Shown: positions 29,864 to 40,250, numbered from the stretch's first letter. The stretch: DNA of 64,000 nt from Candidatus Hydrogenedentota bacterium (GCA_963745075.1 CAVUWV010000018.1:1-64000), one strand, 5' to 3'. Notes: generated from the letters alone by a model not told the origin. Made by a program: numbers and translations.

Positions 29864-29881
29864 TGGGACCCTCGTAAACCG

Positions 29882-29917
29882 ATGGACCATATGGACTGTA
29901 TTGACCAAATGGACATT
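29882..29917. repeat. 9-mer tandem repeat (ATGGACNNN)x4
   Basis: ATGGACCAT ATGGACTGT ATTGACCAA ATGGACATT. Confidence 0.6.
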
Positions 29918-30017
29918 ATGAATGCAAAAGCCGGTGATGTAGATCCGCCGCGAACGGCAGACGATGCATGGCGTGGCAGGCACCAACCCGGCTATATCCC
30001 CCAACCGGAACTTTTTT

Positions 30018-30046
30018 TTGAAGTTGGATTCGACATGTGTTACACT
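30018..30046 (+). promoter_or_regulatory. Sigma70 promoter of rpmB
   Basis: TTGAAG-N17-TACACT with extended TG. Confidence 0.55.
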
Positions 30047-30141
30047 TAGCGGCCTTCGACGATTGAAAACAGTACGGTTTTGCGCCCCGACCCGCCGTGG
30101 GTATGTTGCGGGAGCACCTAGGAAACGCCCAGGAGAGTATC

Positions 30142-30396
30142 ATGGCTCGAGTGTGTGAATACAGCGGAAAGAAGCCCCGGGTTGGCAAGCGCGTGATTCG
30201 GCGCGGTAAGGCCAAGCGTGAGGGCGGTATCGGTCAGAATGTAACCGGCATCACAAAGCGTCGGTGGAAGCCCAATTTGCAGAAGATTCGTATCATAGAC
30301 GAGAACGGCACGGTGCGCCGGGTGCGGGTCTGCGCGCGATACATAAAGGCGGGCAAATTCACGAAGGCGCCAGGGAAGACGCGCAAAGCGTCGTAG
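30142..30396 (+). CDS. rpmB: 50S ribosomal protein L28
   Basis: MARVCEYSGKKP..GITKRRWKPNLQK..RVCARYIK. Confidence 0.95.
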   Translation: MARVCEYSGKKPRVGKRVIRRGKAKREGGIGQNVTGITKRRWKPNLQKIRIIDENGTVRRVRVCARYIKAGKFTKAPGKTRKAS

Positions 30397-30418
30397 GCTT
30401 ACTATAAGACAGTTTTCT

Positions 30419-30461
30419 CGCGGGAGTCCCGCCGAGGTGGCGAGGCTCCCGCGGTTCTTTT
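30419..30461 (+). terminator. Intrinsic terminator after rpmB
   Basis: CGCGGGAGTC..GGCTCCCGCG stem followed by GTTCTTTT. Confidence 0.6.
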
Positions 30462-30470
30462 ATGGGGAAG

Positions 30471-30500
30471 CACGGACGGGGACGGACACACACGGACGGA
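30471..30500. repeat. 10-mer tandem repeat (SACGGACNNN)x3
   Basis: CACGGACGGG GACGGACACA CACGGACGGA. Confidence 0.5.
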
Positions 30501-30542
30501 TAATCGGAGACAAGCGGTCCGCGTGTGGGGTTGAGCGGGGAC

Positions 30543-33500
30543 CTACATCGTCGGAACCAGGCTGTTCAGGTAGTCCTCGAGGTTGGTGTAGCCGTCGTTG
30601 TCGCGATCCTGCGGGCCGTCGGCATCGTCGTTAGGGTCGAGTCCGCGGGCGGTTTCCCAGTCATCGGGCATGCCGTCGTGGTCGGCGTCGGGCGGTGCGG
30701 GCTGAGATTGGAGCGCCGGCCAGCCGCCGACGGCGGTCTGGGAATCGATGATGCCCTTTCCCCCACCTTTGTACGTTTCTCCGTAGTGGGCGGTGCCGGA
30801 GCGAATCTCGTCGACGATGCGGGCGTCGACGGCGTCCCGGTGTAGGGATGCGCCCGCACGTTCGAGCACATGTCCGTACGCGTCTTCTGCGGACTGCGTG
30901 GTCACGGGCGCAACAATGTACGGGGCGTGCACGCGTAGGGTTTCTTCCGTTGCTTCACCGTCTTCGGCGAAATCGATACCGCCGCTCCAGTTATTCGCGG
31001 AGATTTCGGGGAATCCCCAAACGAAGTTGCCGTCAGCGTACATCTTTCCGCGTGGGTTCTTCTGGAGAAAGATGCGGTCGCGGACGTTTTCCGAGGTGGC
31101 GGGGCCCAATTTGTAGTAGTTGTTGATCCAGTTGCGCGGCCATAGCTCGCCACCGTAAGCGCTGTTGAACCCCCAGTTGTAGATCACATTGTTGCGAAAG
31201 TCGAGGAGTCCGGAATCTCTGTTGCCGGAAGCGCGCGGATTGCGGCTCGTGTGATGGGCGAGGATGTTGTGATGGAAGGACCCGCCGGGGCCGCCCCAGA
31301 GTCCACCGTAGCCGTGAGCGCCTTTTTTGTGAATGGAGTTGGTGAGACTCTCCGTCGCCATGCACCATTGGACGGTGAGATTGGACGCCTTGTTGATGGA
31401 GAGGGTTTCGTCGATTCCCCAGCTCACGGAACAATGATCGATGACGACGTGATCGCCTTGACCGCCGAAACCGTCCTGTTCTTCGCCCGCCTCGTCGCCG
31501 GGCCGGAAACGTAGATACCGGATGATGACCTGGTCGGTATCGAATTCGACCTGGTAGTTCTTGATGCAGATGCCGTCGCCCGGAGCGGTCTGCCCGGCAA
31601 TCGTGATAAACGGATTCTCGATATCGAATTCGGATTCAAGCGGGATGGTTCCGGAGACACGAAAGACGACCGTGCGGGGACCCTCGGCTTCGCATGCGGC
31701 GCGAAAGCTGCCGGGACCGCTGTCCTTGAGGTTGGTGACTTCGATGACCCGTCCTCCGCGCCCACCGATGGTGTACTTTCCAAAACCTTCGGCGCCGAGA
31801 AAAGCGGGTGCGTGATCCGGGCGGAAATTCCTGAGCACTACGTTCGGCGGCGATTCGACGTAATCCACATCGCAGTGCCAGCCATTCGGAAGAATGATAT
31901 CGTCGAAGCGGCCGGAGACAACTTCAAGATCGGGGTCAAAGAGATTTACCGACGTGTTCTCATGGGGGTCGATACGGCCGTCGAACTGAACGCTTAACGT
32001 TCCACCCAATTGAACCCGGCCGCCACCCAAGGAAGTCACCGCGTTTCCATCATTGAGGATAACGTTTGTGTCGGGTCCGATCCTGCGCGTGTCACCGGCA
32101 AGCCTTTCCGGCGACGGCCACGCGGACTGCAATTCGTAAACATTCATGTCGACGATCCGGGCGCCGGTGCCTACCGCATCCAATGACAGGCTGGTGTCGT
32201 CCGGATCGAGAATAGCGCCGACGGGAAGGTACGCGTGTCCGTCGTTGGCGTAGATCTCGATGGATGTTCGGTCGACGAGGATGCGCAAGCGAATCCGGCC
32301 GTCGTCACTCTGCAGCGGTGCTTCGAAATTCTGGCAAATCAATTTGCTTGCCGTGACGTCGTAGACGATCGGCATTCCGCGGACATTCAACTCAATCTTC
32401 TCCGCGTCGCCGACATCGATTTCGGTGTCGATGTCGAAGAGTTCACCGCGCACATCAGCGAGTGGGTTCTCGCCGGGAACAATCACCTGGTTTTCCCAAT
32501 GATGCTTAGTCGTATGCAGCGCTTCGATCTCGCGCACGGGATAGGCAAACATGCGGATGCCCTCGTCCGTGGTATGCAAGGTGAGTTCGACGGGGAAGGT
32601 CATCATCTGATTGAACGGCATGCCGGGCATGTTGACGCGTCCCCAGCCGATTTGGATCCGGCGCGCGTCGCTTTTCGGGACGCTGTTGTAGGTTTGCGAC
32701 GCGTAGAAGCAGTCGCCATAGCTATACCGGATTAACTCCGATTCGGGATGGAAGGCCGTGCCGTCGAATTCGCCAATCATGTAGTCGCCGGAACCACCGT
32801 AGACTACCCACTTCGGGTTATCGTCGTCACCGTCGACGGGCAACTCAAAGAGTTCGGGGCATTCGTAAAAGCCTTTCAGTTCGCTTTGCAGGTGCCAGGA
32901 TTGAAGATCCTTCGATGTAAAGAAGCCGATATTCTTGTCTTCGAGGTAGAGGACAATCACCCATTGCCGGGACGGTTCGTGCCAGATCATCTTGGGGTCG
33001 CGGTTGCTGCCACGGATATGCCGTTGGACGGGGTTGCCTGGGTACTTGGTCCAAGTGCGGCCACGGTCGTTGCTGTAGGCGAGGGATTGGGTGAAGGGTT
33101 GTCCTTCGGACAAGAAGGCATTGGTGCCGCCTGCGGAGGTGTAGGCGGCCACAATCGGATCCTCATCGCCTGTCTTGAAGCCGGTCGTGTTCTGCGTGTC
33201 CACGACGGCGGAACCCGAGAAGATCGTTCCGAGCGGGTCGGGATGAATGGCGTCGCCCAGTTCGGTCCAGTGCACGAGGTCCGGGCTGACGGCATGGCCC
33301 CAGGTCATGTTCCCCCACTTCCAGCCGAAGGGATTGTGCTGGTAGAAGAGGTGCCATTCGCCTTTGTAGTAGACGAGGCCGTTGGGATCGTTGTTCCAGC
33401 CGCGCCGGGACGTGAAATGAAACTGGGGACGATACTTCTCGCGATAGAGGTTCTCGAAACCCGGCACGATGTCGGATTGCCGGACCGCTTGGAAGCCGTC

Positions 33501-34271
33501 AGCAACCGATCCTTCGTACGCAAAGCGGTTGGTGGAAACGATCACGGACTTGCCCTGAAACTCGTCCAATCTGACGTAAACCCAGAAGTCGGGTTCGCCG
33601 TCGGCCAACTCGATGGTGAACATTCGTGTGACTTTGCCATCGACTTCGATCGCGAAGACTTGCGATGGCGCGCCGTTCTTTACAGGGAGAATCAGATACG
33701 GCTTGGACACCGTGAAGGTGCGCGACTGGCGGTCGATGACCGGGTTGGCGTCGTCGCTCTGGCAGATGTAGTCGACATTGATGTGGCCCCATCCCTCGCT
33801 CCGGGCGTCTACGATCTCAAGGTGAGCCTGTTGGTTCTCGAACTCGGACACCTCCCAAGACTTCCACTCAAGGGCTTCCGATCCACCGGGTTTGTCGTTG
33901 GGCCCGGTCACGGTACGGACGACTTTGCCGTCCACAAGGAGGTTCATGCAGGTTTCGCCTGGGTACTTGCCGCCGCCGATGAGGAAGGTGATGTAGGGTC
34001 GTTGAATGACGAAGGGTTCCGAGACGAGCTTGCCGGTTGGACCATCACCACCGAGGAAGGAATTGACGAGTCTAATGCCTTGAAAACCTGACACGGCCAT
34101 CTGGCCGTCAAGGGTACCCGCAGCGGGTCCCGTTCCGAAGGCCTCTCCTTGCGCAGTCCAACCGTGATAGGAGTCCTGTTCGAAGTCGGCGATCACGGTC
34201 ACATCTGATGCCCACACGACCGGGATAATGAGGTGGAGGAACATCACGATGCAAGGTTGGAGTTTCGGCAT
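30543..34271 (-). CDS. Secreted GH32 (levanase/beta-fructosidase) - PL1 pectate lyase fusion
   Basis: Signal peptide; GH32 WNNDPNG, RDP, YECPE; PL1 AFLGAEGFG..GGRGGRV..GQTAPGDG..IDHCSVSWGIDE; C-terminal DHDGMPDDWE. Confidence 0.9.
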   Translation of the reverse strand: MPKLQPCIVMFLHLIIPVVWASDVTVIADFEQDSYHGWTAQGEAFGTGPAAGTLDGQMAVSGFQGIRLVNSFLGGDGPTGKLVSEPFVIQRPYITFLIGGGKYPGETCMNLLVDGKVVRTVTGPNDKPGGSEALEWKSWEVSEFENQQAHLEIVDARSEGWGHINVDYICQSDDANPVIDRQSRTFTVSKPYLILPVKNGAPSQVFAIEVDGKVTRMFTIELADGEPDFWVYVRLDEFQGKSVIVSTNRFAYEGSVADGFQAVRQSDIVPGFENLYREKYRPQFHFTSRRGWNNDPNGLVYYKGEWHLFYQHNPFGWKWGNMTWGHAVSPDLVHWTELGDAIHPDPLGTIFSGSAVVDTQNTTGFKTGDEDPIVAAYTSAGGTNAFLSEGQPFTQSLAYSNDRGRTWTKYPGNPVQRHIRGSNRDPKMIWHEPSRQWVIVLYLEDKNIGFFTSKDLQSWHLQSELKGFYECPELFELPVDGDDDNPKWVVYGGSGDYMIGEFDGTAFHPESELIRYSYGDCFYASQTYNSVPKSDARRIQIGWGRVNMPGMPFNQMMTFPVELTLHTTDEGIRMFAYPVREIEALHTTKHHWENQVIVPGENPLADVRGELFDIDTEIDVGDAEKIELNVRGMPIVYDVTASKLICQNFEAPLQSDDGRIRLRILVDRTSIEIYANDGHAYLPVGAILDPDDTSLSLDAVGTGARIVDMNVYELQSAWPSPERLAGDTRRIGPDTNVILNDGNAVTSLGGGRVQLGGTLSVQFDGRIDPHENTSVNLFDPDLEVVSGRFDDIILPNGWHCDVDYVESPPNVVLRNFRPDHAPAFLGAEGFGKYTIGGRGGRVIEVTNLKDSGPGSFRAACEAEGPRTVVFRVSGTIPLESEFDIENPFITIAGQTAPGDGICIKNYQVEFDTDQVIIRYLRFRPGDEAGEEQDGFGGQGDHVVIDHCSVSWGIDETLSINKASNLTVQWCMATESLTNSIHKKGAHGYGGLWGGPGGSFHHNILAHHTSRNPRASGNRDSGLLDFRNNVIYNWGFNSAYGGELWPRNWINNYYKLGPATSENVRDRIFLQKNPRGKMYADGNFVWGFPEISANNWSGGIDFAEDGEATEETLRVHAPYIVAPVTTQSAEDAYGHVLERAGASLHRDAVDARIVDEIRSGTAHYGETYKGGGKGIIDSQTAVGGWPALQSQPAPPDADHDGMPDDWETARGLDPNDDADGPQDRDNDGYTNLEDYLNSLVPTM

Positions 34272-34500
34272 GTCTGGTTCCCGTTCTCGGATGTTATGGA
34301 TGTCTGAAGAGGAATTGCCTCGCGGAACTATAAGTAATATATATCTTACTCACAAAATTCTGAGTCATGTTGGGACTCTCGAAAGCAGTTTGAGTGCGTT
34401 CTTGAATCGTGGACCGTTCAGGCGCTCCGCTCTCAGGGACGAATTGCGCTGATTGCCTCGTCGCGAGAAACACAGGCGTTTCAACATGGTTTCAAATGAT

Positions 34501-36225
34501 TCAAACAGGTAGTTTCAATGCTTCCTTTACCCAATCTTTAACGGTACCAATAACTTCATTGATGTCAAGCGTACCGTATTCGCCGGAATCGCGGCGTTTC
34601 CACTCCACTTTTCCGTCGGACAGGTTTCGTTCACTAACGATGAGGCGGAACGGGACGCCCAAGAGGTCGGCGTCGGCAAATTGGGCACCTGGCCGGGCGT
34701 CTCGGTCGTCGTACACAACTTCCAGCTCGGCCGCGCGAAGATCGGAGTAAAGTTTTTCTGACGTATCGCGAACGCCGGGCGCATCCAGTTTCAGCGCGTT
34801 CAAATGGACTTGCCAAGGTGCCACCCAGATGGGCCATTTGGGGCCGAACTTGTCCCGGTGGACCTCCATGATGGAGCTCATAAGGCGGCCGATTCCGATC
34901 CCGTAGCAGCCCATGATGGGCACACAAGATTTGCCATTCTCGTCGTTGTATGTCATACCCATGGACTCGGTATATTTCGTGCCGAGCTGGAAGATATTTC
35001 CGACTTCGATGCCGCGCTGGAGTGTAATCTTTCCATTACCCTCTGGAAGCCCGTCTCCGTCTTGCAAGGCGCACACGTCGACAGTCTTCACGCCCGGCAG
35101 GTCGCGGTACAAATTAAAATTCTTGTGGTGGTAGTCGACCTCGTTGGCGCCCGTGACGAGGTTGTTGGACTGGGCGACCGTGTGGTCGACGACGAGCCGC
35201 CACTTTGAGGCGTCGAGACCCATGGGCGACGCGTAGCCGGGGATGGAACCGGCGGCCGTGATGCGTTCGTCGGAGGCCGGTGCGGGCATGACCTGGAGCA
35301 CCTTGGCGAGTTTGATCTCGTTGACGTCCCGGTCGCCACGGATGATGACCATGACGGGTTTGCCGTCGGCGTCGGCATCGTAGAAGACGGCCTTGGCCGT
35401 CTGATGGGTCGGCACGCCGAGGAATCCGGCGACCTCTTCGATGGTCTTCTTGCCGGGAGTGTGGACCTTTTCCAGGGGCTGCGGGTCCGCGGGATAGCCT
35501 TCGATGACGCCCTCGGCGACTTCGAGGTTGGCGTAATAGCCCGCTTCGGGGCAGGTGGCGATGGTGTCCTCCCCCACTTCGGTCAGGAGAATAAACTCGT
35601 GGGCGACCTTACCGCCCATCATGCCAGTGTCCGAGGCCACCGCGACGACCTCCGGCAGTCCGACGCGGGCAAAGATGCGGTGATAGGCCTGATAGCAGTC
35701 CTCGTAGTAGCGTTCGAGGTCTTCCTGGGTCGTGTGAAAGGAATAGCCGTCTTTCATGGTGAATTCACGGACGCGGATGAGGCCGCCGCGGGACCGGGGT
35801 TCGTCCCGGAACTTGGTCTGGATCTGATAGACCATGAAGGGCAACTGCGTGTGACTGTTGATTTCGTTCCGGCACAGGTGGACAACGCCCTCTTCGTGGG
35901 TCATAGCGAGGACCATCTCGTGGCCGGTGCGATCCTTGAACCGGCACAATTCGGAACCAACGCTCGTGTAACGGCCGGACTCGTCCCATAGTTCCCTGGG
36001 TTGGACCACGGGCATGAGGACTTCCTGGCCGCCGATGCGGTCCATCTCTTCGCGGACGATCTGTTCGATCTTATGGATGACGCGGAACCCCGGCGGGAGC
36101 AGCGAATAGATGCCGTTGGCGACCTGCCGCGCGTATCCGCCACGCAGGAGAAAGGCGTGGCTCTCCAGGGCAGCCTCGGCGGGCCGTTCTTTGTACCGCG
36201 TTCCAACGAGTTGACTCATTCGCAT
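34501..36225 (-). CDS. proS: Proline--tRNA ligase (with INS editing domain)
   Basis: THEE, QTKFRDEPR, RVREFTMKDGYSF, GIEVGNIFQLG, MGCYGIG. Confidence 0.97.
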   Translation of the reverse strand: MRMSQLVGTRYKERPAEAALESHAFLLRGGYARQVANGIYSLLPPGFRVIHKIEQIVREEMDRIGGQEVLMPVVQPRELWDESGRYTSVGSELCRFKDRTGHEMVLAMTHEEGVVHLCRNEINSHTQLPFMVYQIQTKFRDEPRSRGGLIRVREFTMKDGYSFHTTQEDLERYYEDCYQAYHRIFARVGLPEVVAVASDTGMMGGKVAHEFILLTEVGEDTIATCPEAGYYANLEVAEGVIEGYPADPQPLEKVHTPGKKTIEEVAGFLGVPTHQTAKAVFYDADADGKPVMVIIRGDRDVNEIKLAKVLQVMPAPASDERITAAGSIPGYASPMGLDASKWRLVVDHTVAQSNNLVTGANEVDYHHKNFNLYRDLPGVKTVDVCALQDGDGLPEGNGKITLQRGIEVGNIFQLGTKYTESMGMTYNDENGKSCVPIMGCYGIGIGRLMSSIMEVHRDKFGPKWPIWVAPWQVHLNALKLDAPGVRDTSEKLYSDLRAAELEVVYDDRDARPGAQFADADLLGVPFRLIVSERNLSDGKVEWKRRDSGEYGTLDINEVIGTVKDWVKEALKLPV

Positions 36226-36354
36226 GGTTTTAATCGCTCCGCTATGGGTTGCGCCTGCGACCTGGGCCTGCCGCAGACGGATCGTTCAAGAATACCGGGG
36301 GAGGCGGAAGGATAGCGTGTAGACGTGGAGGGGCGCAACCGAAGAAGGAACTGT

Positions 36355-36429
36355 CCGCAGATTACGCCGATAGTCGCAGATGATCACAAGAGATTTAGGG
36401 TCCACAGATTACACAGATTTGCACAGATT
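36355..36429. repeat. CAGAT-core tandem repeats (9-10 nt period)
   Basis: CGCAGATTA CGCCGATAG TCGCAGAT ... CCACAGATT ACACAGATT TGCACAGATT. Confidence 0.65.
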
Positions 36430-36543
36430 CAAGAATCAAGAATGAGCGTCGAAAAAGAACGGGCCGCTGACTAAACCATGGCAGACTCGTTGGGGTACCT
36501 AATTAGCGCATTTCAAGGTATTCCGTGTCCTCTTAATCGAGTT

Positions 36544-36681
36544 TCGTAATCGGTCTCGTACTCGTGCTCGATGAGATGCGGTTTCTTGTCGCGGTGGAGA
36601 AATGACGTGTTGGGTTCGCCATACCGCAACTTTTCCCGCTCGACGATTCGAGTACGAGTACGAAGTACGAGAACGAGTACG
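36544..36681. repeat. Hexamer-armed inverted repeat (CTCGTA / TACGAG)
   Basis: TCGTAATCGGTCTCGTACTCGTGCTCGA (36544-36571) opposite TCGAGTACGAGTACGAAGTACGAGAACGAGTACG (36648-36681). Confidence 0.75.
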
Positions 36682-36747
36682 TGTGGTCAGCAACGGCTAC
36701 GAGAACACTTAAACCGTTCTAATCAACAAACTGCCAACCTCCCCAGG

Positions 36748-37404
36748 TCATTCGCCGTATGCTGTTTGTCCCCTCGCCCTTCTAAATCCGTTTCGGAAGA
36801 ATTCCCGCAGGCGGGTGATCTGTCTCCGGATCAAGCGGAATACTTTTGGCAGGAGCCAGAGGGCGAAGCAGATGAAAACCATCACAATGCCGAAGAGAAT
36901 GATCGGGTGGGAAAAGAACAGCCATGCGCCGACGAAGGTCACGGCGTCTTCGGTGAGGCTGACGGCGGAATTGGTGAAGGGTTCGGGGCTGTGGTTGACG
37001 ACGAGACGGGTGCCGGCTTTGGTGGAATGGCTGAGCAGGGCGACGCTGCCGCAGAGGATAATGAGGCCGACTTTGACTGCGGGCGGCAGATCCGTGGCGC
37101 TGGTGGCGACGATAACGACGGCGCCAATGGGCCGAATGACGGTGTGAAAGACGTCCCAGGCGCTGTCGACCCAGGGGATCTTGTCGGCGAAGAATTCGGC
37201 GGTGAAGGCGATGGCGGCCGGGATCAGGACGTAGGGATGGGCGAGCACTTCAAGCTGCTGGAGGTAGGGCGGTGGCGTGAAAAAGTCGAACCGGATGGCG
37301 AGTCCCAGAGCGAGGATGGTGGCGTAAAGGTTGATGCCGGAAATGAAGCCGAGACCCATGACGGTGCCGAGGAGCGCGACGATGTCCATTTCCGATGGCT
37401 CCAT
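36748..37404 (-). CDS. DUF4126 membrane protein
   Basis: SGINLYA, EFFADKIPWVDSAWD..HTVIRP, SPEPFTN..SLTED. Confidence 0.9.
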   Translation of the reverse strand: MEPSEMDIVALLGTVMGLGFISGINLYATILALGLAIRFDFFTPPPYLQQLEVLAHPYVLIPAAIAFTAEFFADKIPWVDSAWDVFHTVIRPIGAVVIVATSATDLPPAVKVGLIILCGSVALLSHSTKAGTRLVVNHSPEPFTNSAVSLTEDAVTFVGAWLFFSHPIILFGIVMVFICFALWLLPKVFRLIRRQITRLREFFRNGFRRARGQTAYGE

Positions 37405-37504
37405 TGCTTAAGACAGAGGATGATAGGAAGCATAGCGAATTGCCTCGGGGAGGACAATGTCGATTGCGGATTAAGGACTGGAAAGAAGGCCGGAGACTTG
37501 GTTT

Positions 37505-37588
37505 AATCGGGATCGGGATCGGGATCACGTTGGGTTGCGCGTCTCACTTCGATCCCGATCCCGATCCCGATTTCGATCCCGATTTCGA
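37505..37588. repeat. Hexamer-armed hairpin: perfect 22-bp inverted repeat with 24-nt loop
   Basis: AATCGGGATCGGGATCGGGATC (37505-37526) / GATCCCGATCCCGATCCCGATT (37551-37572), plus extra units. Confidence 0.85.
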
Positions 37589-37980
37589 GAGTACTGTACG
37601 TTTCAACCATGCACGACCGTTCTTGGTTCCGGCAACCTCTATAGAGGTCCCCACTCAAGAATGCATGTTTGCCGCGAACGTACGGTTCATCTCCCCATAG
37701 GGGAACCCGTCATACCACAACAGCACCGCGCTGCTGACCATGTCTCAGCCTAATTCCAGTGCAACGCCCGATCTCTATCTATAGGGAGAACTCTGCCCAT
37801 GAAAGACGACGCCGAATCCGCACCCGCCCCGGCATTCCCGAAGATCCGCAATGTGCGACCCCCTTGTTTCGTCAAAAAACCGAGGGGGTGCAGTTTCGGA
37901 TTGCCGACTGCAGATTGGAAGGAAGCATTCGCGGGCAATCGGACTAAGAGCGTCTTCTGCTCGACCGCAGAAACACGGTG

Positions 37981-38203
37981 GCCTGAAGGGCCAAGGTACC
38001 TCTAGCCCCGGGTTGGCCGCAGCGAAGCAAGGCCTACCCGGGGTCTGCAGACCCTCTCCGGATCGGTACCCTGAAAGGGTTTCGTACCAATGGCTTCTAC
38101 GAATCCCCTACGGGGAAGCAGTGGTGGGGGTGGACCGGCTGACCCCGGGTAGCGTCGCTTCGCGCCGCAACCCGGGGCTGTTGGTACATAGTCCCTTCGG
38201 GAC
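37981..38203. repeat. REPIN-like doublet of palindromic units
   Basis: AGCCCCGGGTTG..CTACCCGGGGT (38004-38044) inverted against ACCCCGGGTAG..CAACCCGGGGCT (38142-38179), flanked by small hairpins CCTGAAGGG, CCCTGAAAGGG, GTCCCTTCGGGAC. Confidence 0.75.
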
Positions 38204-38479
38204 ATTTCGGCGGCTTGGCGCCGCCGCATGAATGGTCCAAGTTGTCAGCGCATACGCAATCGCGGTCCAGATTCCGTGGGTGCACGACGGCGGGTAACGC
38301 CAAAACGCGAACATCATACGTCAACCGGTCAACGTTGAAGCATCCACGGTTTTGGCGCGATTGCACTGGAAGAAAGGCTGGCGACCCGGAACCATCGCGG
38401 TATGCTATCGTATGAATAGGTGTGATTCGACATTTCGGCTGTGGGGACCCGGCTCGAAACAACTGCGGGAGGTTACGCG

Positions 38480-39172
38480 ATGAACTCCGTCCAACGTGTA
38501 GTGTTTGCGGCCCTTTGTGTGGTGGTTGCGGCGGTTTTGACCGGATGTCAGACGGTGGGTGTGCAATCCTTCGAAATGACGAGGGTCAAACCCAAACCGG
38601 GAGAGGTCCTCAAGGTCGACCATGTGATTCTGCTGGCAGATGTCACCGGATCTACCGGTGAAGATGCCGTGTTCGAGCGGGAGAAGAGTCTGATGCAGGC
38701 TTTCGTGGCGGCCATGCCCGACCTGAACTACCAAATGGGGTTCTATTCGTTCGCGGGGAATTCCCAGTCGGACTGGACGCAGGTTCATTTGGGTGAGGGA
38801 AATTTGGATGTCCTCGCCAATTGCGCTTCGAGTCTGCAATACGTTGGCGGATTGACGCCATTGCATGAGGCGGTACTGGCGACCAAAGACGATTTCGAGG
38901 CGAATGACGGCGATGCCGCCTTGGTGGTGTTTTCCGACGGGCGCACGCATCCGCACGAGCGGGTCATCGAGGCCTGCGAGGCGGTGGCATACCCGCACAT
39001 CGGCCGATTATGCATTTATACCGTGAACGTTGGGCACAGCGATTCGGGAGAGGATTTGCTGGAGAAGATGGCCGATTCCACGAGCTGCGGGCGAGCCTGG
39101 CAGGCGGCGGAGGTGAGTTCGCCTGAGGGGATGGAAGCGATGGTGCGGGAAATCTTTTTCGAGGCTGGGTAG
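38480..39172 (+). CDS. VWA-domain lipoprotein (N-terminal part of an ancestral VWA-OmpA protein)
   Basis: Lipobox LTGC, DVTGS MIDAS-like, GGLTPL, VVFSDG; GGGAGG RBS. Confidence 0.8.
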   Translation: MNSVQRVVFAALCVVVAAVLTGCQTVGVQSFEMTRVKPKPGEVLKVDHVILLADVTGSTGEDAVFEREKSLMQAFVAAMPDLNYQMGFYSFAGNSQSDWTQVHLGEGNLDVLANCASSLQYVGGLTPLHEAVLATKDDFEANDGDAALVVFSDGRTHPHERVIEACEAVAYPHIGRLCIYTVNVGHSDSGEDLLEKMADSTSCGRAWQAAEVSSPEGMEAMVREIFFEAG

Positions 39173-39547
39173 AAACGAGATTCCAGCAGTTATCCGAAGG
39201 GCTACGGACAGGTTCTGCAGAATGATGCTGTTCGACTTGGACAAGGTCGTGATCAGGCCGGAAGGAAAGCGGAATTGGACAAATTCGTCGCCACACTGAA
39301 GAAGCGCCCGTCCGATACCGTATCGTGTAGAGGGGCATACGTGCGACCTCGGTTCTGCCGAATCCAATATGGTATTGAGCCAGCGTCGGGCCGACGCCGT
39401 GAAGGCATATATGATTGAGCAGGGATTGACGGCAGTCGCATCACAACCAGGGCATGTGGAGAGACACAGCCAGCCGTGCCAAACGACGGCCCCGCCAACC
39501 GGAAACTGAACCGCCGTGTGGTGATCGACTACTTCTACGGAAAATAG
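39173..39547 (+). pseudogene. Frameshifted OmpA-like C-terminal domain
   Basis: Stitching frames gives LFDLDKVVIRPEG/AELDKFVATLKKRPSDTV/EGHTCDLGSAESNMVLSQRRADAVKAYMIEQ/IDGSRITTRACGETQPAVPNDGPANRKLNRRVVI. Confidence 0.85.
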
Positions 39548-39659
39548 GCCCATGCTCGCCGCCGACAGAAACGAACGGCATTCCATAGTCAGCGAACTCG
39601 GATCGGCCACGCGGTTCCCGCAGCGCAGGATGGTGCCTGGCGGTCCCAGTAAGGCACAG

Positions 39660-39691
39660 CCGTGGGGCGGGTGATTGGCCCGCCCCTACGG
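39660..39691 (-). repeat. GTAG-type REP palindrome
   Basis: Minus strand CCGTAGGGGCGGGCCAATCACCCGCCCCACGG, just after the dinB-family stop. Confidence 0.6.
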
Positions 39692-39711
39692 CTGTTGGGC
39701 AGGAGGAATTT

Positions 39712-40210
39712 CTATCCCTGCTCGTCGGCGGAGGGGCCGTAGAGCGCGGGGACGGGGATATCCAGCATGCGGAGGTAGACGCCGAGTTGGGCGCGGTGGT
39801 GGATGGAGTGGTTGAACATCATGCTCCGTAGCACGGCCACGCGGGGCATTTCGAAGAGGGGCTGGCCGTCCATGGTCATCTTCCACGGCTTGAGCATGTC
39901 GGCGTCGGAGGTGCCGGTCATGGCGTCAATGGCGTCCTTGACCTTGGCGTCGTAGTCTTCGAGCATCTGCTTTACGGACGCGGCTTTGTACGGGACGTAG
40001 TCCTTCCTGTCGAAGTTGAACTCGTCCTGCTTCATGGTGGGTTCGAACCCAATGGGGGATGTCGGACAGATGAGCGGCCAACTCCCCTAAGGTCATAGAC
40101 TTATCGTGGGGTTTCCAAGCGAACTTGTCTTCAGGAACCCGCGCGAGGACTTTGCGGGTTTGCGCCGCCTCGTGGTTGTACTCGTTCAACATACCGTCAA
40201 TGATCGCCAT
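39712..40210 (-). CDS. DinB family protein (one +1 frameshift near 40044)
   Basis: MAIIDGML..EAAQTRKVLARVP..WKPHDKSMTLGELAAHL / ..HSIHHRAQLGVYLRMLDIPVPALYGPSAD; AGGAG RBS. Confidence 0.88.
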
Positions 40211-40250
40211 GTGTATTTCTCCTAGGGTTGGTTGTTGGAATGCACCGGTG

